Shown here one piece after another: positions 1 to 7,597 of a stretch of DNA of 32,000 bases. This DNA is from Bacillus sp. Brlt_9 (lineage in GTDB: Bacteria; Bacillota; Bacilli; Bacillales; Bacillaceae_G), in assembly GCF_051948935.1 (NCBI RefSeq), contig NZ_JAYJLO010000003.1:455388-487387 (forward strand), written 5' to 3'. Each line of letters begins with the position of its first letter. Within the stretch, counting starts at the first letter, position 1. Both the position numbers and the translations under genes were made by a program. The notes beneath the pieces were generated by a model, which was not told the DNA's origin, made no database searches, and saw nothing but the letters and a program-made list of their open reading frames with translations.

Positions 1-555
1 ATAATGTTTGCTCTTTGCTTTGAATTTGTGCCGGGGGAAGTGATTTTGCCGTTAGCTGGTTATTGGGTGTATCAAGGGGAATTTAATCTTCACCTAATGG
101 CACTTGCTGCATCTATTGGTGGAACAATTGGACCTATTAGTTTATATGCCTTGGGGATGTATGGGGGAAGACCGTTGGTTGAAAAGTATGGGAAGTTCTT
201 CTTAATTAACAAAAAGCAAATTGATTCCTCTGATCGTTTCTTTGAGAAGTATGGTTCTAGTGTAGCTTTTTTTGCAAGGTTTTTACCGGTAGTGAGAACA
301 GCTATCTCAATTCCCTGTGGTATGGCAAAGATGAATTTTTCTAAATTCGTATTCTATACTTTTCTAGCTATGTATCCGGTTACGTATTTTTATTTATACT
401 TAGGTATGAAACTAGGGGAGCATTGGCAAGAAGCAGGGGCGTTGTTTGATCAATATACCGCTCCAATAATTGGTGGAATAATAGGAGTTTTAATTATTTA
501 CTTTATCGTGAGAAGCTTTAGATCTAAAAGACGAATAACTGCGCAAAACAAATAA
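1..555 (+). CDS. DedA/SNARE-associated family membrane protein, 5' end truncated by the window edge
   Basis: The frame is open to base 1. EFVPGEVILPLAGY and FFARFLPVVRTAISIPCGM are DedA-type motifs. Several hydrophobic helices are present and a terminator follows. Confidence 0.85.
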   Translation: MMFALCFEFVPGEVILPLAGYWVYQGEFNLHLMALAASIGGTIGPISLYALGMYGGRPLVEKYGKFFLINKKQIDSSDRFFEKYGSSVAFFARFLPVVRTAISIPCGMAKMNFSKFVFYTFLAMYPVTYFYLYLGMKLGEHWQEAGALFDQYTAPIIGGIIGVLIIYFIVRSFRSKRRITAQNK

Positions 556-579
556 AAGTGCGATAGCAGCACTTTTTTT
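554..579 (+). terminator. Rho-independent terminator
   Basis: AAAAGTGC-GATAGCA-GCACTTTTTTT, overlapping the stop codon region. Confidence 0.7.
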
Positions 580-649
580 GTTTTTATACGTTGAATTAGG
601 TGTTAGTAAAAAAATAGAATGAACTATCCTTTGTAATTGGAGTGGTTCG

Positions 650-1261
650 ATGTATTTCTTAAACGCACTAGCTGAATTTATTTCTAAGGAAAAAAAGGAA
701 GATTTTCAGTCATATATAGGTCATTTAGAGGCGATTAAACAAAATTATAGTGACTTTGAACAACTTGAAGTAATGACTCACGAAACTTTGAATGCTGATG
801 GACTCGTGTATATGGAAATGAAGGAAATTGATAGTATTGAAAACGATGAAGAGATTGAGATAGACTTTATTGATAAAAATGGGAGAAAAATGACTCAGTT
901 ATCTTGGAAAATAACCCTATCATCGATTGGGGAATGGAACGGATATTGTAAATGTAATGCGAGTATGGAAGGATACAATGAGAAAAAAGAATGTTGTGGT
1001 AACTGTGATTGGTATCGACCAACCTATACTCTTCAAAAAATTATAGCAAGTTATAAAGAATTCAAGGGGAATCAAAAAGATATATGGGATACGGAAAAGT
1101 GCTGGGCCAAATACTATAAAAAGTACCAAAGAATGAGATTAACAAGTGAAAAAGGACAGTTAATGGAACAAATAGAAAGTTATGAATGCAGCATTATGAA
1201 AAATGAAGAAAAAATTAGAGAGATAAATAAAGAGATTTCTGATTTAACATCAAAAGGATGA
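650..1261 (+). CDS. Hypothetical protein with a Cys cluster (CKC...CCGNCDW) and a C-terminal coiled-coil-like tail
   Basis: GGAG RBS 8 nt upstream of the ATG. 203-aa ORF with a terminator overlapping its stop. Confidence 0.7.
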   Translation: MYFLNALAEFISKEKKEDFQSYIGHLEAIKQNYSDFEQLEVMTHETLNADGLVYMEMKEIDSIENDEEIEIDFIDKNGRKMTQLSWKITLSSIGEWNGYCKCNASMEGYNEKKECCGNCDWYRPTYTLQKIIASYKEFKGNQKDIWDTEKCWAKYYKKYQRMRLTSEKGQLMEQIESYECSIMKNEEKIREINKEISDLTSKG

Positions 1262-1280
1262 TCCCTTTTGATGTTTTTTT
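1250..1280 (+). terminator. Rho-independent terminator
   Basis: TCAAAAGG-ATGATC-CCTTTTGA followed by TGTTTTTTT. Confidence 0.75.
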
Positions 1281-1417
1281 ATTTTCTCGAGGAACAATGG
1301 TCTTAAAAAAAGAGACCTATTTTATTGAATTTGGTAAAAATCATAAAATCTTGTTTATAATAGTTAATATATGATATATGATAATAAAAGATTATAACAA
1401 AGGAGAGTTACAAACTT

Positions 1418-2413
1418 ATGAAGAAAGCTGTATGGGTCCCATTATTGGTCATCTTAGTTGTAGCACTAGGATTCGCGGCTAATTATTTTATGGGCAGTGG
1501 GAAAGTAAACAATCTTATCGAAAGAGCGGATACCTCATTAGAGAAAGAGGATTATAAAAAGGCTTCAGAGCTATATACTGAAGCAAGTGAAATGAAGAAA
1601 GATAAAAAAATTGATGATTTAAAAGTTCTTTCTAAAGAAATGAATAAATTAGATGAAATGAAGAAAACAGAAGCTCCTAAGGTAACATCAGAACAAGTTG
1701 ATAAGGTTAAAGTCTTACCTAAACATCAATTTGAAAAACAAATTACTAAATCTCTAGTAAAAGTTGAAGAAGAGACTGATGAATTACAATCACAGTTGCA
1801 AGCAAACGAAGAGAAAATCAAAGTTATTGAAGAAGTTCTCAAAAATAAAGAATTAAGTAATGTTGATGAATTGACGAAAGATGGCGTTATGAAATTCACA
1901 ATTGACCATCCACTAATTAAAGAGCAAGAAAAGAAATGGTCAGAATTTGTTACGAAGGCTAAAGAAGAAGCTAAATCTTTTGCAAAAGAGAAAGAAGAAA
2001 AAAAACAATTAGCTGAACAGAAAAAACGAGAAGAACAAAAGAAAAAAGACGAACAACAGAAGCAATTAGCTGAAAAACAAAAGCAAGAACAACAGAAGCA
2101 AGAGCCAGTGAAAAAAGAAGTTGCTAATGTAGAAGGTAAAAAAAATATAGAAACTACGAATAATGAAACTACGAATAATGAAACTACGAATAGTGGAACT
2201 ACTACTCAAAAAGTACCTGATTTTAAAGTTGGGGTATCTGTTGTGAATTCGTATTTAAAAGCACATAATCTTGAAGGTACTGCGGTATATGAAAACCAAT
2301 TAGATACTGATGATAGTTTTGCCTATAGAGTTACAGACTGGGGTAATAACGGAAAAACAATGTACTATGCAGTGAATAAGAATACTGGTACTGTGGCATC
2401 ATTTGAAATGTAA
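1418..2413 (+). CDS. N-terminally membrane-anchored protein with a K/E/Q-rich coiled-coil region and a small globular C-terminal domain
   Basis: AAAGGAG RBS. N-terminal TM helix (VWVPLLVILVVALGFAANYF). Long EQKK/QKQ low-complexity stretch and an ETTNN tandem repeat. Confidence 0.8.
   Translation: MKKAVWVPLLVILVVALGFAANYFMGSGKVNNLIERADTSLEKEDYKKASELYTEASEMKKDKKIDDLKVLSKEMNKLDEMKKTEAPKVTSEQVDKVKVLPKHQFEKQITKSLVKVEEETDELQSQLQANEEKIKVIEEVLKNKELSNVDELTKDGVMKFTIDHPLIKEQEKKWSEFVTKAKEEAKSFAKEKEEKKQLAEQKKREEQKKKDEQQKQLAEKQKQEQQKQEPVKKEVANVEGKKNIETTNNETTNNETTNSGTTTQKVPDFKVGVSVVNSYLKAHNLEGTAVYENQLDTDDSFAYRVTDWGNNGKTMYYAVNKNTGTVASFEM
2150..2194 (+). repeat. 15-bp tandem repeat x3 (GAAACTACGAATAAT) inside the CDS, encoding ETTNN repeats
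   Basis: Two perfect copies and one copy with a single mismatch, read directly from the sequence. Confidence 0.9.
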
Positions 2414-2424
2414 AGTTAATTTTA

Positions 2425-2460
2425 AAAGAAAGTGGGATTTTTTCTCACTTTCTTTTTTTT
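2425..2460 (+). terminator. Terminator hairpin, copy 1 of a duplicated upstream element
   Basis: AAAGAAAGTGGGA-TTTTT-TCTCACTTTCTTT followed by a T-run. Confidence 0.8.
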
Positions 2461-2500
2461 ATGAGTACAATTTTAAAAAAAGAAAAAGGATGATCGAATT

Positions 2501-3193
2501 ATGAATTATAGCCAATTAAGTGAAGAAGCAAAGAAGAAAGCAATTGAAACGGCTTATGCAAAAGTGCAAGAGGAAATGATTGATTGGGAAGATGAAATGG
2601 AAAGAATGAAAGGGACTACAATTAACTATTATTTATCAGAATATCATTCCAATAATGGCGAATTAAATTGGAGTATTGAACATAATAAAGTACTACTAAG
2701 TTCTGAGAAATTAGAGTTTGATATACCCTCAATGCTGAAAAATAAAAAGGACTTATTGGAAATTTGGGAACAAATTATTGATATAAGTGGTGAATATTAT
2801 GAGATAGCTGTCTCGCTCTCACCTAGAAATACCGCGGTAAGTTTTACAGAGGATTATGATTGGGATGATTTAGAGAAAAAATTAAAGTATATGGAGAAAT
2901 ATGGCCCTGAATATGGTGTAGATGTAGATAAATATATGATTCCTGTAATGTTTGGTGCAGATATAGAAGGATTTGAAGATCTTAAAGCTGAATTTGAAAA
3001 AATATTGAAGGGTAACGGGCAAAAAGTTGCTGACTATGTTTTGAAACAAGTTGAAGAAATGCTAGAAAAAATCAAAAATGGAATTGAAGCTCAAATTGAA
3101 TATCTAGAATCTGAAGAATACGTTAAATTAATGTTACAAAATTCACCTCATATTTTTGAATTTGATGAAAGTGGAGAAATGCTTAACAATTAA
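2501..3193 (+). CDS. Hypothetical protein, paralog A of a three-member tandem family
   Basis: AAGGA RBS. N-terminal QLSEEAKKKAIE and C-terminal FEFDESGEML are shared with the next two ORFs. Confidence 0.85.
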   Translation: MNYSQLSEEAKKKAIETAYAKVQEEMIDWEDEMERMKGTTINYYLSEYHSNNGELNWSIEHNKVLLSSEKLEFDIPSMLKNKKDLLEIWEQIIDISGEYYEIAVSLSPRNTAVSFTEDYDWDDLEKKLKYMEKYGPEYGVDVDKYMIPVMFGADIEGFEDLKAEFEKILKGNGQKVADYVLKQVEEMLEKIKNGIEAQIEYLESEEYVKLMLQNSPHIFEFDESGEMLNN

Positions 3194-3297
3194 TAGAAAT
3201 ACAAAGTTTGAAGAGGTAATTATGTAAATAAATATTATTAAGTTAACAAAGTGTAATTAATGAGGTATAAGTTGATACACAAAATATCGTTATAAAA

Positions 3298-3336
3298 ACA
3301 AAGAAAGTGGGATTTTTTCTCATTTTCTTTTTTTTA
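3298..3336 (+). terminator. Terminator hairpin, copy 2 of the duplicated upstream element
   Basis: AAGAAAGTGGGATTTTTTCTCATTTTCTTTTTTTT, nearly identical to 2425-2460. Confidence 0.75.
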
Positions 3337-3377
3337 TGAGTAGAATTTAAAAAAGTCATAATAAGGATGGTCAGATA

Positions 3378-4088
3378 ATGAGATATAACCAATTAAGTGA
3401 AGGGGCAAAGAATAGGGCAGTCGTAACAGCTTTCGAAGAAGTTCAAGAAAAAAAGATTGATTATTCATATGAGAAACAGATAATGAGAGAGCTTGCACAA
3501 AATTCATTATTTGAATTCCACTGCAAGAGCAAAAATGTAGATTGGGAATATGAATATGGATTAGTGGATTTCACTATAACTGACATAACAATTAATCTTG
3601 AGAGTCTTCTATCTGATAATGTAAAATTATTAGATGTTTGGAAAGAAATTATGAATGTTAGTACAGAAAAATGTGAGATAGAAGTTGAAGTTTTAGGAAG
3701 GTACCCAATTGCGAATTTTAAAGAAGATTATGAATGGGAAAATATAGAGAAAAAGTTGGAGTATATGAAGCTATATGCAGCTGAGTATGATATTAATGTG
3801 GATAAATATGAAATCCAATTGATATTTGGTGCAAACATTGAACAGTTTGTAGGACTCAGGGATGAATTTGAAATAATTTTAAGGAAAAACGGATTAAAGA
3901 TTGCTAATTATGTTTTAAAAAAGGCTATTGAAATGGTTGGAAAGATGACAGCTAGTATAGACGGACATATAAAATACATTAAATCTGAGGAATATGTAAA
4001 GGAATATTTAGAAAACAATAATGATGTTTTTGATTTCGATATAAGTGGTGAAAGATTGATAGCAGAAAATAGTACTGAAAATAACTAA
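3378..4088 (+). CDS. Hypothetical protein, paralog B of the tandem family
   Basis: AAGGA RBS. Colinear similarity to 2501-3193 (QLSEGAKNRAV, FKEDYEWENIEKKLEYM, FDFDISGERL). Confidence 0.85.
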   Translation: MRYNQLSEGAKNRAVVTAFEEVQEKKIDYSYEKQIMRELAQNSLFEFHCKSKNVDWEYEYGLVDFTITDITINLESLLSDNVKLLDVWKEIMNVSTEKCEIEVEVLGRYPIANFKEDYEWENIEKKLEYMKLYAAEYDINVDKYEIQLIFGANIEQFVGLRDEFEIILRKNGLKIANYVLKKAIEMVGKMTASIDGHIKYIKSEEYVKEYLENNNDVFDFDISGERLIAENSTENN

Positions 4089-4135
4089 TATGAACATTTA
4101 AATACATAAAAAAACAACGAAAAGGATGATTATAA

Positions 4136-4798
4136 ATGAAATTTGTAGACTTAAATAATGGAGCAAAAGAAGTGGCGATTAATGAGGTATACAGTAATTT
4201 AAATAACTGTTTAAACCGTAAAAACGAAATAATCAGAATCAATAAGAATGTTAAAGATGTTTTTAAGAGTTATCAAAGTAACTCTATCAATCTAGCCTGG
4301 AATTTCAAAAATGGCAAAGTGAGTTATAAAGAATTCTCTCCTCAATTAAATATTAGTGATCTGTTAGTAAATAATGATGAAATTAATGGACTATGGAATG
4401 AGTTATATGAAATTACTGATGGATATAGTGAACTAGAAATGAAACTTTCATCAGAAAGTGCTAAGGTAGATTTTATTCTGGATTATATTCCTTTCCTAAA
4501 TACAAGCTATATGATTGGTTTTATTAATAAATATGATAATCAATTCAAAGAGTCTATTATGGCCGAAAGTGAAATAAAATCCGCATTTGAATCCGTATTG
4601 AAAGCTAAGGGTTTAAAAATAACAAGTTACCTGAATCAAAAGTTAAATCAATTGAGAATTGAGATTAATAATATGATTAAAAATGAAATGGAATTTATAA
4701 AATCAAGAAAGTATATAAAAAAACAGTTAGAAACAGGACTAAATTTAAATTTTGATTTTGATGGACATTTAATATCTCAGAATCAAAAAACAGCATAA
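4136..4798 (+). CDS. Hypothetical protein, divergent paralog C of the tandem family
   Basis: AAAAGGATGAT RBS like paralogs A and B. DLNNGAKEVAI at the N-terminus, KGLKITSYL in the middle and FDFDGHLI at the C-terminus. Confidence 0.8.
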   Translation: MKFVDLNNGAKEVAINEVYSNLNNCLNRKNEIIRINKNVKDVFKSYQSNSINLAWNFKNGKVSYKEFSPQLNISDLLVNNDEINGLWNELYEITDGYSELEMKLSSESAKVDFILDYIPFLNTSYMIGFINKYDNQFKESIMAESEIKSAFESVLKAKGLKITSYLNQKLNQLRIEINNMIKNEMEFIKSRKYIKKQLETGLNLNFDFDGHLISQNQKTA

Positions 4799-4810
4799 TT
4801 AAATCTAAAA

Positions 4811-4846
4811 AAGCGATAGATATCTTCCTATTGCTTTTTTCTTTTT
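4811..4846 (+). terminator. Rho-independent terminator
   Basis: AAGCGATAG-ATATCTTC-CTATTGCTT followed by a T-run. Confidence 0.75.
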
Positions 4847-4979
4847 TGAAAATATATATAAGCTCTATATGAGGATCAAGGAGTTCAAGAATTAAAGCGC
4901 AACTTAAGGGAACTAGATATAATAAAAATATTAAGAGTTTTATTTAAACAAGTAATAATTATTTTATTTATAAAAAAGG

Positions 4980-5009
4980 GTTGATTTTATTTTATTATAA
5001 ATAATATAA
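4980..5009 (+). promoter_or_regulatory. SigmaA-like promoter candidate for the RNA array
   Basis: TTGATT (4980-4985), an 18-nt spacer, then TATAAT (5004-5009). Confidence 0.5.
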
Positions 5010-5082
5010 TACAAGAACAGAAACGACCTTGAAGTTGATAAAACTTTAAAGGGAAATTTCTTCTTTTATGAAAGTTAAATAG

Positions 5083-5286
5083 TATTCCTGATGCGGGAGA
5101 ACAGTTACTTCGAGAAAATTCAAACATAAGATTATATTTTTGATTAAAATATAGGTTTCGTGACGTAATAGATATGTTTAGCTTTGAACAACTGTTCGGT
5201 TAGATAAAACTAAGTACGGCGATAACAACTATTTTTGTTTTGATTAGATTCAAAACATTTTACTGTTCTCATTATTCTCAGGAATA
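5083..5286 (+). ncRNA. Y-RNA-like structured RNA, unit 1 (about 204 nt)
   Basis: The 5' arm TATTCCTGA-TGCGG-GAGAACAGT-TACTTCG pairs with the 3' arm ACTGTTCTC-ATTATTC-TCAGGAATA. No ORF. Same strand as the TROVE gene and upstream of it. Confidence 0.6.
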
Positions 5287-5319
5287 TTGATTTTATAAAT
5301 AACTATGATTTTATATATT

Positions 5320-5405
5320 CTATCCTGATGCGGAAGCACAGTTACTTCGTACAATACTTTGGGTGTAATGTAAACACAAAACTGTTCTTATTATTCTCAG
5401 GATAG
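5320..5405 (+). ncRNA. Y-RNA-like structured RNA, unit 2 (about 86 nt, minimal version)
   Basis: CTATCCTGA-TGCGG-AAGCACAGT-TACTTCG ... ACTGTTCTT-ATTATTC-TCAGGATAG. Confidence 0.6.
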
Positions 5406-5429
5406 ATTTAAATTTTATAATTTATAAAT

Positions 5430-5566
5430 CATATACGATGCGGTTAAACAGATACTTCGACAAGACTGTAAATCTTATTAAAACATAAAAGATTCTACAG
5501 CTACCTATTTCGTAGATATAGAGCTAGCTGTCTTTTTATCCTCTGTTTAAAATATTCTCGTATATG
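5430..5566 (+). ncRNA. Y-RNA-like structured RNA, unit 3 (about 137 nt)
   Basis: ATATACGA-TGCGG-TTAAACAGA-TACTTCG ... TCTGTTTAA-AATATTC-TCGTATAT. The interior holds further hairpins. Confidence 0.6.
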
Positions 5567-5576
5567 TACTTATATA

Positions 5577-5619
5577 GGATAGACAAGGGGATCGGATCCT
5601 GATCGCCTTGTAACTATCC
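5577..5619 (+). other. GC-rich extended hairpin between RNA units 3 and 4
   Basis: GGATAG-ACAAGGGGATC-(GGATCCT)-GATCGCCTTGT-AA-CTATCC. No T-run follows. Confidence 0.5.
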
Positions 5620-5639
5620 CAAATTTTAAAAATAACCCA

Positions 5640-5756
5640 CAAGATGTGAAGCGGACAAACAGTTACTTCGAACAATATCAAAAGATAAAATTAAACGCTT
5701 TGTTTTTCCAAATGTCTAACAAAACTGTTTGTGATATTCTCGCATCTTGTTTTTTT
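5640..5756 (+). ncRNA. Y-RNA-like structured RNA, unit 4 (about 110 nt plus U-tail)
   Basis: CAAGATGTGA-AGCGG-ACAAACAGT-TACTTCG ... ACTGTTTGT-GATATTC-TCGCATCTTG followed by TTTTTTT. Confidence 0.6.
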
Positions 5757-5780
5757 AAGGAATAATAATTATGAATATGG

Positions 5781-5887
5781 GATGTAAATTCGAAAACAGA
5801 GCATTTAGATGGTTGAGGCAAATTGATCAATGCAATGAGTGTGAGAGTGAGTTGTAGTGCTCTGTTTTGGAAATTACATCTTTTTTG
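5781..5887 (+). ncRNA. Long-stem RNA element with U-run: a candidate attenuator or leader of rsr, or a fifth end-paired small RNA
   Basis: 5781-5803 pairs with 5858-5880 (21 of 23 positions), followed by TTTTTT. A possible TTGTTT-17-TATGAA promoter lies at 5747-5775. Confidence 0.5.
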
Positions 5888-5920
5888 TGTCTAAAAACAT
5901 CTCTTGGAGGGGTTATATAT

Positions 5921-7597
5921 ATGAAAATGACTAAAGCAGTAAAAGTGAAACGAGAACGTGAAGTAAATAAAGCTGTAACAAACTTTATGGCAGGAACTAG
6001 TTATGAAGTAGATCCTTTAACTACGTTAAAAATGGTTTCTGCTAGTTCAATTTTCGGTGAACCTCAATATTATCGCCACGGTGAATTCCAACAAAAAAAT
6101 GTTCGAGATGGTAGCTACCATTTACATAGATTGTTAAAAAACAATGATGCTTTGTTAGATGATAAATATGATGGAATGAGCACAAGTGCAGTTATGGAAA
6201 AAGTGATTGATGCTGCGTTAGAGTATGATTTTGAAGCGACATTAAAATGGGCTGTAGATTTAAGAAAATCATTCTTTATGCGTTTAAATCCACAAATCAT
6301 TATGGTTCGTGCAGCAATGCATCCAAAAAGAAAAGAATTCACAGCGAATAATCCTGGAGAATTTAATAGATTGAATAAATTGGTGATGAGTCGAGCTGAT
6401 GAACCTTCCGCTCAAGCAACATATTGGTTATATCGTAACGGTTCAAAAAATGGTCTTCCTTCTCTGTTAAAGCGTTCTTGGAGAGATCGTTTGGAAAATG
6501 CATCTGCCTACGAAATTGCTAAGTACCGCAATACGAATATCGGGATGATAGATACAGTTCGTATATCACACGCAAATAGTGAACTCATTAATGAGTTAAT
6601 GACGGAAAATAGTGTAGAGGTGAATGAAGAGGATATGACGTGGAATCGTCTTCGTTCTGAAGGTAAGTCTTGGAAAGAGATTTTTGAAGTTATTAAGCTA
6701 CCTCATATGGCGCTGCTTAGAAACTTAAGAGGGATCTTTAAAGAAATTAATGATGTGGACTTCTGTAAAAAAACAATGGCAGAACTAAAAAATGGTGTTG
6801 CTAAAGGAAGACAATTCCCATTCCGATATTTTAGTGCGTATAAAATGATTCAGGATGAATTGGACACGAATAAAAATCGCTATTTAAAAAATATGGAGAA
6901 TACGCCAATTAATCACGGCCGAATTATTCTAGATGCTCTGGAAGAGTGTATTGATCTATCTAGGGGGATTCTGCCTCAGTTAACCGGAAAGACAATGGCC
7001 TTATCGGATAACTCGGGAAGTGCTTGGGGTACATTTAACAGTGAATTTGGCAAAATGACTGTTGCTGAAATTAATAATCTATCTTCGGTATTAACTGCTC
7101 AAAATTCTGATGAGGGTTATGTTGGTATTTTTGGAGATGAGCTTGACGATAATCCAGTCTCAATGAGAGAAGGCGCTTTATCTCAAGTAAAAGCCTTGGG
7201 GAAAAAGGCTCAATACATTGGTTCGGGTACGGAAAATGGTGTATGGCTATTCCTTCAACGAGCAATAGAGAATAAAGAACACTGGGACAATATTTTCATT
7301 TATTCTGATCAGCAAGCCGGACACGGTGGATTATATGGAGAAGATGCCCGTGAATATGCCCAATACGTGTGTAATGGTCATTACATTGATGTGTTTAAAC
7401 TTGTGAAAGAATATCGAAATAAAGTTAATCCAAAAGTAAATGTATTTACGGTTCAGACAGCTGGATATTCAAATGTACTTGTACCAGAAAACTTTTATCG
7501 AAGTGCTGTATTATATGGCTGGACGGGGAAAGAATCGTTGTACGCGAACGAATACATCAAGCTTTGGGATGAGTTTGAAAATAAAAAACAGGCATAA
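5921..7597 (+). CDS. rsr: TROVE-domain Ro60 ortholog (Rsr) with a C-terminal vWA/MIDAS domain
   Basis: GGAGG RBS at 5906-5910. LPHMALLRNLRGI, RQFPFRYF and VRISHA resemble Ro60 TROVE motifs. ALSDNSGSAWG is a DxSxS MIDAS motif. Start moved from 5867 because that extension lies inside the upstream stem and has no RBS. Confidence 0.85.
   Translation: MKMTKAVKVKREREVNKAVTNFMAGTSYEVDPLTTLKMVSASSIFGEPQYYRHGEFQQKNVRDGSYHLHRLLKNNDALLDDKYDGMSTSAVMEKVIDAALEYDFEATLKWAVDLRKSFFMRLNPQIIMVRAAMHPKRKEFTANNPGEFNRLNKLVMSRADEPSAQATYWLYRNGSKNGLPSLLKRSWRDRLENASAYEIAKYRNTNIGMIDTVRISHANSELINELMTENSVEVNEEDMTWNRLRSEGKSWKEIFEVIKLPHMALLRNLRGIFKEINDVDFCKKTMAELKNGVAKGRQFPFRYFSAYKMIQDELDTNKNRYLKNMENTPINHGRIILDALEECIDLSRGILPQLTGKTMALSDNSGSAWGTFNSEFGKMTVAEINNLSSVLTAQNSDEGYVGIFGDELDDNPVSMREGALSQVKALGKKAQYIGSGTENGVWLFLQRAIENKEHWDNIFIYSDQQAGHGGLYGEDAREYAQYVCNGHYIDVFKLVKEYRNKVNPKVNVFTVQTAGYSNVLVPENFYRSAVLYGWTGKESLYANEYIKLWDEFENKKQA

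Noticed and set aside
4860-4975. A possible short ORF or gene remnant (…YEDQGVQELKRNLRELDIIKILRVLFKQV…) between the paralog array and the RNA promoter.
   Set aside because: The open frame has no start codon or RBS after an upstream TAA. At most it is a decayed fragment, and there is not enough evidence to call a pseudogene.
5113-5261. A tRNA-like domain (T-arm or D-arm) inside the larger RNA units, as described for YrlA-class bacterial Y RNAs.
   Set aside because: I found only weak look-alikes. GTTCGGTTA at about 5202 has no flanking 5-bp stem. GTTTTGA-TTAGAT-TCAAAAC at 5236-5255 has a non-T-loop sequence. CTAC-CTATTTC-GTAG lies in unit 3. None matches the TTCRANY T-loop consensus, so I make no claim.
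5083-5756. The repeated motifs could be a CRISPR array, type III toxin-antitoxin (ToxI-like) repeats, or a retron msr/msd.
   Set aside because: The units vary in length (86-204 nt). What is shared is two complementary arms per unit, not a constant direct repeat with spacers. No cas, toxN-like or reverse-transcriptase gene is nearby. The adjacent gene is a TROVE/Ro60 homolog, which favours Y-RNA-like RNAs.
5867-5920. The N-terminal extension of the rsr ORF (MEITSFLCLKTSLGGVIY) given in the ORF track.
   Set aside because: It has no RBS and a non-canonical start, and it overlaps the 3' arm and U-run of the 23-bp stem. The ATG at 5921 has a GGAGG RBS.
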